Assembly: GCA_951406725.2 (NCBI GenBank)
Contig: OX597820.1
Location: 16,244,001 to 16,308,000 of the forward strand
Source: Octopus vulgaris
Lineage: Eukaryota
Length of the DNA stretch: 64,000 bases
Direction of reading: 5' to 3'
The notes beneath the pieces were generated by a model. It had not been told where the DNA came from and did no database searches. It saw only the letters and a list, made by a program, of their open reading frames with translations. The translations under genes were made by a program, and so were the position numbers. This document shows, in pieces, positions 52,322 to 64,000 of this stretch. Every line of letters starts with the position of its first letter. Position 1 is the stretch's first letter.

Positions 52322-52729
52322 CAGGCACAGGAGTGGCTGTGTGGTAAGTAGCTTGTTTACCAACCACATGATTCCAGGTTCAGTCCCACTACGTGGCACC
52401 TTGGGCAAGTGTCTTCTACTATAGCCTCGGGCCGACCAAAGCCTTGTGAGTGGATTTGGTAGACGGAAACTGAAAGAAGCCCGTCGTATATGTGTATATA
52501 TATATATATATGCGTGTGTGTGTTTGTGTGTCTGTGTTTGTCTCCCTAGCATTCCTTGACAACCGATGCTGGTGTGTTTATGTCCCCGTTACTTAGCGGT
52601 TCGGCAAAAGAGACCGATAGAATAAGTTCTGGGCTTACAAAAGAATAAGTCCCGGGGTCGAGTTGCTCGATTAAAAAGTCGGTGCTCCAGCATGGCCGCA
52701 GTCGAATGACTGAAACAAGTAAAAGAGTA
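52322..52729 (+). mobile_element. SINE family A, full length
   Basis: Head and tail intact. Confidence 0.9.
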
Positions 52730-52974
52730 ATCCTTTTTTAAATCTGCTCTACACTAAGTGGGAGTCGATGTTTTCACGAAAAACCTTGAACTTTTGTTCT
52801 ATATCTCAGATGAAACTATATTATGACAAAAAACTCAAATAACACCATTTCATTTATTCATTGAAAGCCAACCACATGAGAATGATCAGTGAAAAGGTGA
52901 CGAAAATGACGATATCCCAATATGGTTACCACCATTGGGCAGGAACACAGAAAGGAATAAAGGAGTAAAAGAAA

Positions 52975-53024
<50 letters not shown>

Positions 53025-53027
53025 CAT

Positions 53028-53212
53028 ACAAAAGTCAGAAAATATTAGAGGTGTATATATTTAACCACTGTTCATCCTTAGGGTTAAGTCCGTTTCGCAG
53101 CTTTCATCAGGTCAAAATAATTTCCTAACGAAGGCTGCGAAACAGCTGTAATCCTAAAGATGACACGTGGTTAAATAAATACATGCACTTCTCATACCTC
53201 CTGACTTTTATG
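53028..53212. repeat. Old fold-back with a back-to-back HHR-like pair
   Basis: Minus strand CTGATGA-aagctgc-GAAAC; plus strand CTAACGA-aggctgc-GAAAC-agct-GTA (53125-53150). Confidence 0.65.
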
Positions 53213-53697
53213 GGTTATATACTTCTCATAAAATAATCTCATCGATTGCATCTCGTGGATTTCTGATGCATTATACTCTGTATTATACTCCTCCGTATTG
53301 GATTACTCTGTAGTCTGGTAGCCGGGCCCACCAGAGGAGCTTTCCGTGATAGCCACATGATTTAATGAATCCATATATTACACTACGTTCATGCATATAT
53401 ACATATATACAAACAATGCATACTGCATATACAAACCCACATATACTTACGAACATATGCACTTCCATTATATATGAATGCATATATTATATATACAATC
53501 TGCATGTAAATATATACACACACCCACCTATGTTGTGCACAACTTATTAACAAACCAAAAACTAAGACCATATCATTTGCCCATTGCGTGTTCATCTCTT
53601 AATGTGTCCGTACGTATGTTTGTATGTATATATAAATATATTTATATATACATACATATATATACATATATATATAAATATATTTATATATACATAC

Positions 53698-53730
<33 letters not shown>

Positions 53731-53834
53731 CATACATACATATGCACACAATTTAAAAATAGGATAAAATTTTTATAAGAAATTATCAAGTAGTTAGCAT
53801 GAAAAACTCATAAGGGAAAAATTTATTATATATA

Positions 53835-54227
53835 CTCTTTTACTCTTTTACATGTTTCAGTCATTTGACTGTGGCCATGCTGGAGCACCGCCTTTAGTCA
53901 GCAAATCGACCCCAGGACTTATTCTTTGTAAGCTATCGGTCTCTTATTCTATCGGTCTCCTTTGCCGAACCGCCAAGTTACAGGGACTTAAACACGCCTG
54001 CATCGGTTGTCAAGCGATGTTGGGGCGACAAACACAGACACATAAACACACACACACATATACATATATATATATATACGACGGGCTTCTTTCAGTTTCC
54101 GTTTATCAAATCCACTCCCAAGACTTTGGTCGGCTTGAGGCTATAATAGAAGATACTTGCCCAAGGTGTCACGCAGTGGGACTGAACCCAGAACCATGTG
54201 GTCCGTAAGCAAGCTACTTACCACACA

Positions 54228-54230
<3 letters not shown>
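53835..54230 (-). mobile_element. SINE family A
   Basis: Matches family sequence. Confidence 0.88.
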
Positions 54231-54276
<46 letters not shown>

Positions 54277-54316
54277 TTACTGGAAGTATGTATTGTATGC
54301 ATCTAAATGTACATGC

Positions 54317-54360
<44 letters not shown>

Positions 54361-54620
54361 GTGTGTATTATGTCTGCTCGTGCGTGCGTGTAGTGACGGG
54401 CTGGTGGTTGAATGGGGTTGGGGGTTGGGGTAACATAATATTGCTTCGCCCTTGTATTTTTGTCGCCCACAGACTCTCTCGTATGATGGACCGTTTACTG
54501 CGCAATAAGTTAGGTAAAGAGGTGGTGGGCGGGGTTGGAAGGGTGGCCTAAAAGGGAAAGGACGAGATAGACGGACAGATAGGCAGACAGAGAGTGGAAC
54601 GGCGATAAGAAATAATAAGT

Positions 54621-54658
<38 letters not shown>

Positions 54659-54963
54659 AGAAGGTAAGACTGAGAGAGGGGAAGAGAGAGATAGTGGGAG
54701 GGAGAAATAAGGAGAGAGAGAGGGAGGAGAGGGAGATGCATCGGTATGAGGACATGTGACATAAAAGTGAAAGAAGACGGCGAAGAGATAAAATGAGAGC
54801 GTGAGATTGAGAGGAAGGGTAGGAGAGAGAGTGAAAGGAAGAGAGGAGAAACGAGAGAGAGTGAAAGGAAGAGGGAGGAAAAGAGTGATTGAGAGGGGTG
54901 AGAAAGAGAGAGGCTATTGCGGGAGAGGGAAATATCTAGACAAAGGAAGTCGGTTGGTGTGTG

Positions 54964-55007
<44 letters not shown>

Positions 55008-55319
55008 TGTGTGTAGCGGGTGAGTGGGAGAGAGAAAGAGAGGAGAGAGATGTACAGAAAAGAGAGGAGGGAAAGTAGGAGAAGGAAAATCATACAGGAT
55101 TAAAAAGCTGGTGTTGTTGTTGCTGTTGTAGAAATTAAAAGTTGGGTTGCATGGAGGATAGGGATGGGGAGGGGGTAAGGGAATTCAAAGGGGAAGAAAG
55201 ACAGAGAGAGAGAGGAACTGAATGGCGGTAGGGGGAGAGAAGTGAATCAAATGAAAAATTGGTAGTAGTCAGAGGATACACACACACACACACACATACA
55301 CACACATATACACACATTT

Positions 55320-55873
55320 GTATATGTATGTATGTATGTATGTAGGTGTGTGTGTGCGTGTGTATATGTGTGTGTCCATATATGTATTATGTATGTATGT
55401 ATGTGTGTGTGCGTGTGTATATGTGTGAGTGTATATATATATATATATGTATGTATGTATATATGTACGTGTGTATGTATGTATGGGTGTGTGCGTGTAT
55501 ATATGTGTGTGTGTATATATGTATTATGTATGCATGTATGTATGTGGGTGTGTGTGTGTGCGTGTGTATGTGTGTGTGTGCATATATGTATTATGTATAT
55601 ATGTACGTGTGTATGTATGTATGTGTGCATGTGTATGTGTGAGTGTATATATGTATTATGTATGCACGTATGTATGTAGGTGTGTGTGTGTGCGTGTGTA
55701 TGTGTGAGTGTATATATGTATTATGTATGCATGTATGTAGGTGTGTGTGTGTGTGTGTGTATATGTGTGTGTGCATATATGTATTATGTATATATGTACG
55801 TGTATATGTATGTATGTATGTGTGCGTGTGTATGTGTGAGTGTATATATGTATTATGTATGCATGTATGTATG

Positions 55874-55921
<48 letters not shown>

Positions 55922-56200
55922 TATATGTACGTGTGTATGTATGTATGTATGTATGTATGTGTGCGTGTGTATATGTGTGAGTGTATATATGTATGTATGT
56001 ATATATGTACGTGTGTATGTATGTATGGGTGTGTGCGTGTATATATGTGTGAGTGTATATATGTATGTATGTACGTATGTGTGTGTGCGTATGTATGTGT
56101 GTATGTGTGTATGTATGTATGTATGTATGTATGTATGTATGTATGTATGTATGTATATGTGTGTGCGTGTGTATATGTGTGAGTGTATATATGTATGTGT
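55320..56200. repeat. Higher-order repeat built from TG/TA/TATG microsatellites
   Basis: Recurrent markers gtaggtgtg, gtgagtgtatatat, gtattatgta, atatgtacgtgtg. Confidence 0.8.
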
Positions 56201-56754
56201 GTATTGTCCTTTTATTTGAAGTGTGTGTGCGTGTGTGTGTGTGCGTGTGTGTGTGTGTGTGCGTGTGTGTGTGTGTGTGCGTGTGTGTAGAAGAACAGAG
56301 AAGTAAAAGTATGAAATAGAAAGAAGTAGATATAACAGAGGAAGTAGGTGGAAAAGAAAGTGAGAGGGAGACACTGAGAGGAAAGGGAGGAGGAGAGAAA
56401 TGCAAGGATGAATGGGAGGGGGAGAGCATAAGTAAAAATGTAAAGAGAAAAAAAAATATTGATGATGAAACATTCTATATATGAGCATGCGCAGTTGAAG
56501 CTTCGTGCAATTGCTTTTGTTGGCCTTTTTTTTCCTTTTGCTTTTTACTGTATTTTTTTTTTGTTTGTTTGTTTTTTGTTATGGTTTTGTCGCTATAAAA
56601 CTTCCTTGTTCATATCCGGTTAAAGATCTTGCAACCTGACACTTCTACCGATCCCAGCAGAAGACCAAGTGGCCTTAGTCTGCACACTAACTAGGCCAAG
56701 AAGTAAGGTGGCTCATACTGTCTACACGAAAAACAATCTTATTTCTTCTTTATC

Positions 56755-56823
<69 letters not shown>

Positions 56824-57279
56824 TGCTCTCCGAGTTTTGTTTTGCTTTCCTTGGCGGGTAAGGGGTTTGTGTTTATTAGCTTCAAGGGAGTGATATTTCA
56901 ACTCCTGGGTGTGGTAATTTACGGTGAAAATGATTCTGGTTTTGTCACACTGACATAAAGCTACTAAACTTGTAGGTAAATTTGCCCCACTTTAAAAGAG
57001 GAAGGTTGACATTAGCGAATGCAAGTGAAGGAGAATGCAGAGCTCTACGATTAAAGCGCACCGATTGTGGGTTTTTGTCATCCGTACTTTTGAGGTCGAT
57101 TGAATAAAGTTACCATTCAGGTGCTATACTCCATGCTCTGGAAATATGGGGGTCTTGTATAGTGTTGTCTTAAGGTGTAGGCAGTTACTCGAGGATGCCA
57201 CTGATGTAGGGGTCTATTTGCTGAAAACGTATACTATGTATGAGGGGCTCTCCCGTCGTTAGACGAAGTATGAGGGGTT

Positions 57280-57460
57280 TACTCTTTTACTTGTTTCAGT
57301 CATTTGACTGCGGCCATGCTGGAGCAACGCCTTTAGTCGAGCAAATCGACCCCAACGACTTCTTCTTTGTAAGCCTAGTACTTATTCTATCGGTCTTCTT
57401 TTGCCGAACCGCTAAGTTACGGTGACGTAAACACACCAGCATCGGTTGTCAAGCGATGTC

Positions 57461-57504
<44 letters not shown>

Positions 57505-57667
57505 GTATACATATATACGACGGGCTTCTTTTAGTTTCCGTCTACCAAATCCACTCACAAGGCTTTGGTCGGCCCGAGGCTATAGTAGAAGACACTTGCC
57601 CAAGGTGTCACGCAGTGGGACTGAACCTGGAACCATGTGGTTCGTAAGCAAGCTACTTACCACACAG
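57280..57667 (-). mobile_element. SINE family A
   Basis: Matches family sequence. Confidence 0.88.
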
Positions 57668-58059
57668 CAGATGACAATTTCTTATTGAACAACCACACAG
57701 ATGATTTGTTTATAGTGATGAAAGGTTTGTGTAGACATAAGCTCACTCCCTCTATAATATCAACATTACCTGTACAGGTGCAACAGGTGCCACTTGTCAA
57801 ATGTCGAAATGATTGCAAAGCAACGTGAAATGAAGTGCTTTGCTCAAGAACACAACGCAACGCCCGGTCTGAGTATCAAACCTACGATCTCGCAATTGTG
57901 AGTGTAACACCTTAACCACTGAGCCATGTTATATATATATATATATATATACGTTTGCCAATTTGAGGCGGAAGGCGTGGTACTAAGAACAGTGACACAC
58001 ACACACAAGCATACACACATATGTACTCACATACGCACACACACATACCCATACATGCA

Positions 58060-58095
<36 letters not shown>

Positions 58096-58359
58096 TATGC
58101 ATATAAGGATACACATCTTAGATCAGAACAGAATAAGTGGTGTAAGAGCACACACGACAACGAAAAATATTGCTGAAGAGGTCACAGATGTGTGACGAAA
58201 GATTTCCGGATAACTGACATTAGTTAAAAATAAAATATAAAAATAAGAACAGTAATAAACGAGGGAAGAACAAATATATAGTGCCTGTGTTTATTTGACG
58301 AAAAAGAAAAATGGCCATCCCGAAATACTTCAATATATATATATATACATATATATATA

Positions 58360-58590
58360 CTGTTGTGTCTGGGGAGAGTCGTTTTTGTGCCTTATAATAT
58401 AAAACTCACCGGTAAAATTTCCACTCTTTTCTTATTTTTATTTTCCTAAAAGTTTCGTTGCGTCTTGCAACCGTGGAATTGAAAAGAGTCAAAGCTATTG
58501 AAAAGATTACAAGACGCAATGAAAATTTTAGGAAAATAGAAATAAGCAAAAAGCAGGAATTTTACCGATGACTCTCCCCAGACGCCGCAG
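58360..58590. repeat. Decayed fold-back with HHR-like stem II and GAAA on both arms
   Basis: tctggggagagtc/gactctccccaga outer arms; inner gttgc-aagac-gcaac-GAAA on the minus strand. Confidence 0.7.
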
Positions 58591-58658
58591 AATATACTTC
58601 AACACACGAACTCATATAAAGAATCTTGCAAACCAAATCCAAAAACGATATATATATA

Positions 58659-59055
58659 TCTTTATATATAAAAGTAAGGTTGTGTGCTGTCTGTCTCCTA
58701 CGATTTAGATTCCTAACTACTCCCACATTTTGCGGTGCAGTTTAACCAAAACCGGGTATCTTATAGTCGTGATTCATATCGAGCCCTTCTGCGTATTAGC
58801 GCGCGTCTACGATGAGTCTACGATTTAAAAAAAATTTACCATTATTTTTTCCCATTTTTAATGCATTTTTTTTTGCTATTATATAAGGGAACTAACTCTC
58901 TAAAATGTATTATTAAATCTCAGAACGTAAAAAGCTACAGTAACACCCCCCTTTGTGGTTAGCCATATTGAGATGGCTATTATACTTTACATCTCTAAAA
59001 ATGCTTATATAGTTATTTCCCTTACAAACCCGAGCAACGCCGGGCGATACTGCTA

Positions 59056-59056
<1 letters not shown>
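58659..59056 (+). mobile_element. Non-autonomous Helitron inserted in (TA)n
   Basis: A|TC...cccgagcaacgccggg hairpin...CTAG|T; highly similar to 975-1372. Confidence 0.88.
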
Positions 59057-59122
<66 letters not shown>

Positions 59123-59261
59123 AGAAATAGAAGTTGAAAATGCACTGAGAATAGTTAAAATACTTTTTATTAAAATATTTGAAGCTATAACCGGTTTCAC
59201 AGTTTACTCTGATTTCCAAAAAGTTCAAATAGAAAAACATGGCTTATGTCACAGCTCAGTG

Positions 59262-59640
59262 AGCATGGTTTCTTGGTCCCTTGTTCTGAAATTCTCAGAA
59301 TCTACCCGGTCATTCACCTACACATTACCACCATCTGGGTAATATGCACATGAAAGGAAGTGTCTATCTGTACTCATATCAATGTCCGGCTCATGCCATT
59401 GAGTCTGACTGTGGAGTTACCGTTCCTTCTGGTCAGAAATATCTGTGTTGCTGTGTGTCCGCACAAAACGAACTGATAACTGCGTGGAATTGCATGTCGT
59501 ATGACTTCTTGATTTTTCAGCAGTAGATTAGTATACTTTTAATCTTTATACTTCTGACTAGTGTTTGAAGTTTGCTCTGTTTTTATAGGTAATTCATAGC
59601 TCAAGTTAGTAGATGTTTTGAACAGGATTTGATTGGTAAA

Positions 59641-59721
<81 letters not shown>

Positions 59722-60934
59722 AGCGCCTGTGCATTGCTTTGCTAGAGAGCCTAAAATACATTAAAGAAAGCTTCTGATCTCTCCGGGATGTTCTATATTT
59801 CTTCCGTCTTCGCTCCAGGGAGTAGAGTTGCATTCTTTTCAGTCTTTCCCAATATTTCAGCTGTCTCAATGAAGTAATCTTCTTGGTGCAACATGGTTGA
59901 ATTTCTTTGGGTTCTGCTATAGATTTGATATTGTAGGGTGACGATAGCTGAAAGCAGCAGTCTAGATTTCTGAGGGTAAATGCTATATCAGTGGCTATAT
60001 TGTCCGAATCCTGATCGCCACTTTTGTATCGCACGTTCAACGTACGATATAACAGGATGATAATAACGTCCTCACAAATCGTTCAACTTAGTATACACAA
60101 TACTTGTAATAACCTTTGGCTTTACACAGCTCATGACTCTCTACTCACACTCTCTGTACATACTCTTTACTCTCTTTTACTTGTTTCAGTCATTTGACTG
60201 CGGCCATGCTGGAGCACCACTTTTAGTCGAGCAAATCGACCCCAGGACTTATTCTTTGGAAGTCTAGTACTTATTCTATCGGTCCCTTTTGCCGAACCGC
60301 TAAGTTACAGGGACGTAAACACACCAGCATCAGTTGCCAAGCGATTTTGGGAGGACAAACACAGACACACAAACATACACACACATACATATATATGATA
60401 TATATATACATATATTCAACGGGCTTCTTTCAGTTTCCGTCTACCAAATCCACTCACAAGGCTTTGGTCGGCCCGAGACTATAGTAGAAGAAACTTGTCC
60501 AAGGTGCCACGCAGTGGGACTGAACCCAGAACCGTGTGGTTGGTAAGCAAGCTACTTACAACACAGCCATATTGTGGCACAGTCCATTAGGAGCCAACCA
60601 ATAGGAGAGTTCTATTTACTCACAACAGTAAACATCCTCCATAAGACCAGCATGGTTTCTTGGTCCCTTGTTCTGAAATTCTCAGAATCTACCCGGTCAT
60701 TCACCTACACATTACCACCATCTGGGTAATATGCACATGAAAGGAAGTGTCTATCTGTACTCATATCAATGTCCGGCTCATGCCATTGAGTCTGACTGTG
60801 GGGTTACCGTTCCTTCTGGTCAGAAATATCTGTGTTGCTGTGTGTCCGCACAAAACAAGCTGATAACTGCGTGGAATTGCATGTCGTATGACTTCTTGAT
60901 TTTTCAGCAGTAGATTAGTATACTTTTAATCTTT
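59262..60934. repeat. 286 bp direct duplication (59262-59547 and 60649-60934) of decayed CR1 sequence
   Basis: About 3 mismatches between copies; minus strand reads ...FRTRDQETML like the 6771 LINE. Confidence 0.9.
60165..60570 (-). mobile_element. SINE family A
   Basis: Matches family sequence. Confidence 0.88.
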
Positions 60935-60944
60935 TATATTCTTT

Positions 60945-61341
60945 TTTTTTTGTTTCAGTCGTTTGACTACGGCCATGCTGGAGCACCGCCTTTAGTCGAA
61001 CAAATCGACCCGAGGACCTATTCTTTGTAAGCCTAGTACTTATTCTATCGGTCTCTAAATTACGGGGACGTAAACACACCAATATCGGTTGTCAAGCGAT
61101 GGTGGGAAGCAAACACAGACATACAAACATATACATAAACATATACATATATACATATAAAATAAAATACAAAATGGGACAAGAACGCAAAACATCCGGA
61201 CAACTAGGTGATACAAAAGGGGACAACAAAACATCCAGATAGACGATAAAAACACGGATAGGTCATTCGAAGCCTTTTAAGAACCGGATCATCCTCGCAA
61301 TTTCGGGTGATTAATCTTGAGATTGTTCGAATCTTGCCAGC

Positions 61342-61395
<54 letters not shown>

Positions 61396-61556
61396 CGGAC
61401 TTCTTTCAGTTTCCGCCTACCAATTCCATTCAGAATGCTTTGGTCGGCCCGAAGCTATAGTAGAAGACACTTGCCAAGGTGTCACGCAGTGGGACTGAAC
61501 CCGGAACTATGTGGCTGGTAAGCAAGCCACTTACCACACAGCCCTCTCCTGCGCCT
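60945..61556 (-). mobile_element. SINE family A with a ~190 bp insert in the linker (61160-61345)
   Basis: Both halves recognisable around unrelated sequence. Confidence 0.8.
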
Positions 61557-61724
61557 ATAAAAAGAATTCTTGATTGCCACTGCTACTTTTACATCATCTG
61601 CATGTCTAGTAGAAATGCCTGTCTGTATAACTGACGCCATGCTCGAATAAGTCACCACAAACAGCAATAGCGCCAAGGCAATTCCCTACAGATGTCTCCT
61701 TTGGGAGGACTCCATTAGCTGTTA

Positions 61725-62084
61725 CATCATCATTGTTCGACCGTGGTCGAGACAATGGAACTTACTATGTTACGCCAGACTTCACGGTCTATCATAGCGT
61801 TACAGAGGTCCTGTTGCTGGATGCCTGTATCCCTGGAGATTACATCAAAGTAGGAGAGTGTGCGCCCTCTGGTATCGCGAGCAGATGGCTTCCAGAGGAG
61901 AAGAGTAGAAATTACCTCGTTTTCAGCTCTACAGCAATGTCCAACAAACTGGACTCTTCTACCTTTCACAAGAGATAATACATGTGGTAACTTCCCATAT
62001 ATTTGTACTTTGGTTGGATGACGCATCCACGAGGTATTTTGAGCTCTCATAAGGAGGCGAGTGTAAGTTCCATCCAACCGCCTC
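61725..62084 (-). pseudogene. RTE-group LINE 3' fragment with short (TGA)n tail
   Basis: DGTYTRLLMRAQN.SW..HPT...YG.LP...RRVQFVGHC...LLLWKP. Confidence 0.75.
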
Positions 62085-62781
62085 TCAAGCTTCTTTAGCT
62101 ATTACAGCCTGATTTGGGTCTTTAAAGGAGTCATTCATCCACTCTTCCTGTTTTCCAGCTATGCCAAATCCGTGTAGTTTATGACATATTATCCCGTGAT
62201 CAACCTTATCGAAGGCCTTTGTGAAATCAAGGTGTATCACATCGACATTTGAGCAGTTCGTAAGTTGTTTCAACACCCAGTCATAATGCTGCCGAAGTTA
62301 CGTAAGGCAGCATCTTCCCGGGCGGAAACCGTGCTAGATGTCAGGAAGCGAGTCATTATCTTCTAGGAAAGAGTTCAGCTTCCCCCTGACAATTTGTTCC
62401 ATGACTTTGTTGATATGTGAGGTTAGAATGACAGGTCTATAATTTTTAGCGTCTGCTCTGCTTCCTCCTTTGTGGAATCGACATGTTATGCTATACTTTA
62501 ACTTTCTGGCAAGTTCACCACTTGCAAAGCAGCTTTAGAAGAGGACCTGCAGTGGTCTTGCTAGGACACATTTGTACTTTTTTTCTTTTACGATTGCTGG
62601 GAATCCATCGGAACCAATGGCAGAAGTTAAATTCATTTCAACAATGGCTGATATTACATAAGTTTCCTTTATATCGGTATAATCGATAAATGCCATCCCT
62701 TCATGTGGAGTTGTGGTATCAAATAACTCATCTGGCATATCTATTTGCAATGTTTACCGGAACAAAAGAATGGCACGTTTA

Positions 62782-63204
62782 GTATTTCTATTTCTTTACT
62801 ACCCACAAGGGGCTACACAAAGAGAGGACAAACAAGGATAGACAAACGGATTAAGTCGATTATATCGACCCCAGTGTGTAACTGGTACTTATTTAATCGA
62901 CCCCGAAAGGATGAAAGGCAAAGTCGACCTCGGCGGAATTTGAACCCAGAACGTAACGGCAGACGAAATACCTATTTCTTTACTACCCACAAGGGGCTAA
63001 ACACAGAGAGGACAAACAAGGACAGACAAACGGATTAAGCCGATTATGTCGACCCCAGTGTGTGACTGGTACTTATTTTATCGACCCCGAAAGGATGAAA
63101 GGCAAAGTCGACCTCGGCGGAATTTGAACTCAGAACGTAACGGCGGACGAAATACGGCTACGCACTTCGCCCGGCGTGCTAACGTTTCTGCCAGCTCGCC
63201 GCCT
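62782..63204 (-). mobile_element. SINE family B dimer
   Basis: Junction gacgaaatac|ctatttc at 62971/62972. Confidence 0.9.
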
Positions 63205-63570
63205 TACCCATTTAGTATTTCACTTATTCAATGGGGGCCCGTAGTCAGTGAGCTGTTTTCTCTGAACAGTGGCCCTATCTTGAGCTGTACTGAAGTAGAC
63301 TCTTTTGCAAGTTTATGGACGGCTTTAGTGTTTGTCTTTATAATTTTAACAAATGTGCCTTCTTTTCCTGCACTCTCTTTTCAAGAGAGTGCCTGAGTTT
63401 TTGGAGGTTTTTTGTACATAAAGGGAAATTTCAGGAGACCGGTTTACATCGATAAACAAAACACTGGAATGTACGCGTGCGCGCACACACATGCAGGTAC
63501 ACACACAAACACACACGCATGCTAGCACATACGTACAAACACACATATGTAGATTATACATATGTATATA

Positions 63571-63607
<37 letters not shown>

Positions 63608-63611
63608 ATTG

Positions 63612-63759
63612 GTGGCTGTGTTGTAAGATGCTTGCCTCACAACCACATGGTTCCGGGTTCAGTCCCACTGCAGGACACCTTGTGTCTTCTACTATAGCCT
63701 CGGGCTGACTAAACCCTTGTGAATGGATTTGGTAGACGGAAACTGAAAGAGGCCCATCG

Positions 63760-63830
<71 letters not shown>

Positions 63831-64000
63831 GTGTGTGTTTGTGCACCACCACCACCATCACTTGACAACCGATGTTGGTGTGTTTACCTCCCCGTAACCT
63901 AGCAGTTCGACAAAAAGAGATCGATAAAATAAGTACTAGGCTTCAAAAAATAAGACATAGGGTCGATTAGTTCAACTAAAAACTGTTCAAGACGGTGCCC
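63612..64000 (+). mobile_element. SINE family A, running off the window end
   Basis: Matches family sequence. Confidence 0.85.

Larger units (their letters stand above)
59780..62760 (-). pseudogene. Old fragmented CR1-group LINE related to 6771-8197, interrupted by SINEs and an RTE piece
   Basis: HLDFTKAFDKVDHGIICHKL (62085-62276); YWERLKRMQLYSLERRR (~59800-59860). Confidence 0.75.

Overview
AT-rich, repeat-saturated eukaryotic DNA. The SINE/LINE repertoire and the huge (TA)n/(TG)n/(CATA)n tracts suggest an octopod (coleoid cephalopod) intron or intergenic region; this is an inference. No host protein-coding gene, rRNA, real tRNA or CRISPR array can be supported, and almost all long ORFs in the track are microsatellite artefacts. 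The window contains 5'-truncated CR1-group, RTE, R4/Dong-like and HERO-like LINE pieces, a decayed Penelope-like element (PLE) with a GIY-YIG endonuclease, four tRNA-headed SINE families, mariner and maT (DD37D) relics, MITEs and two copies of a ~400 bp non-autonomous Helitron. The most striking signal is a dense population of short non-coding inserts in (TA)n/(TG)n microsatellites. About ten carry type I hammerhead-ribozyme (HHR) cores, often as back-to-back pairs in fold-back inverted repeats. The best case is 13108-13466, with perfect 156 bp arms and a full-consensus HHR on each strand. The decayed PLE at ~50.8-52.0 kb carries the same type of HHR at its 3' end. A second notable signal is a SINE that forms head-to-tail multimers with one fixed junction at three separate loci. 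All motif calls were made by eye and coordinates may be off by a few bases.
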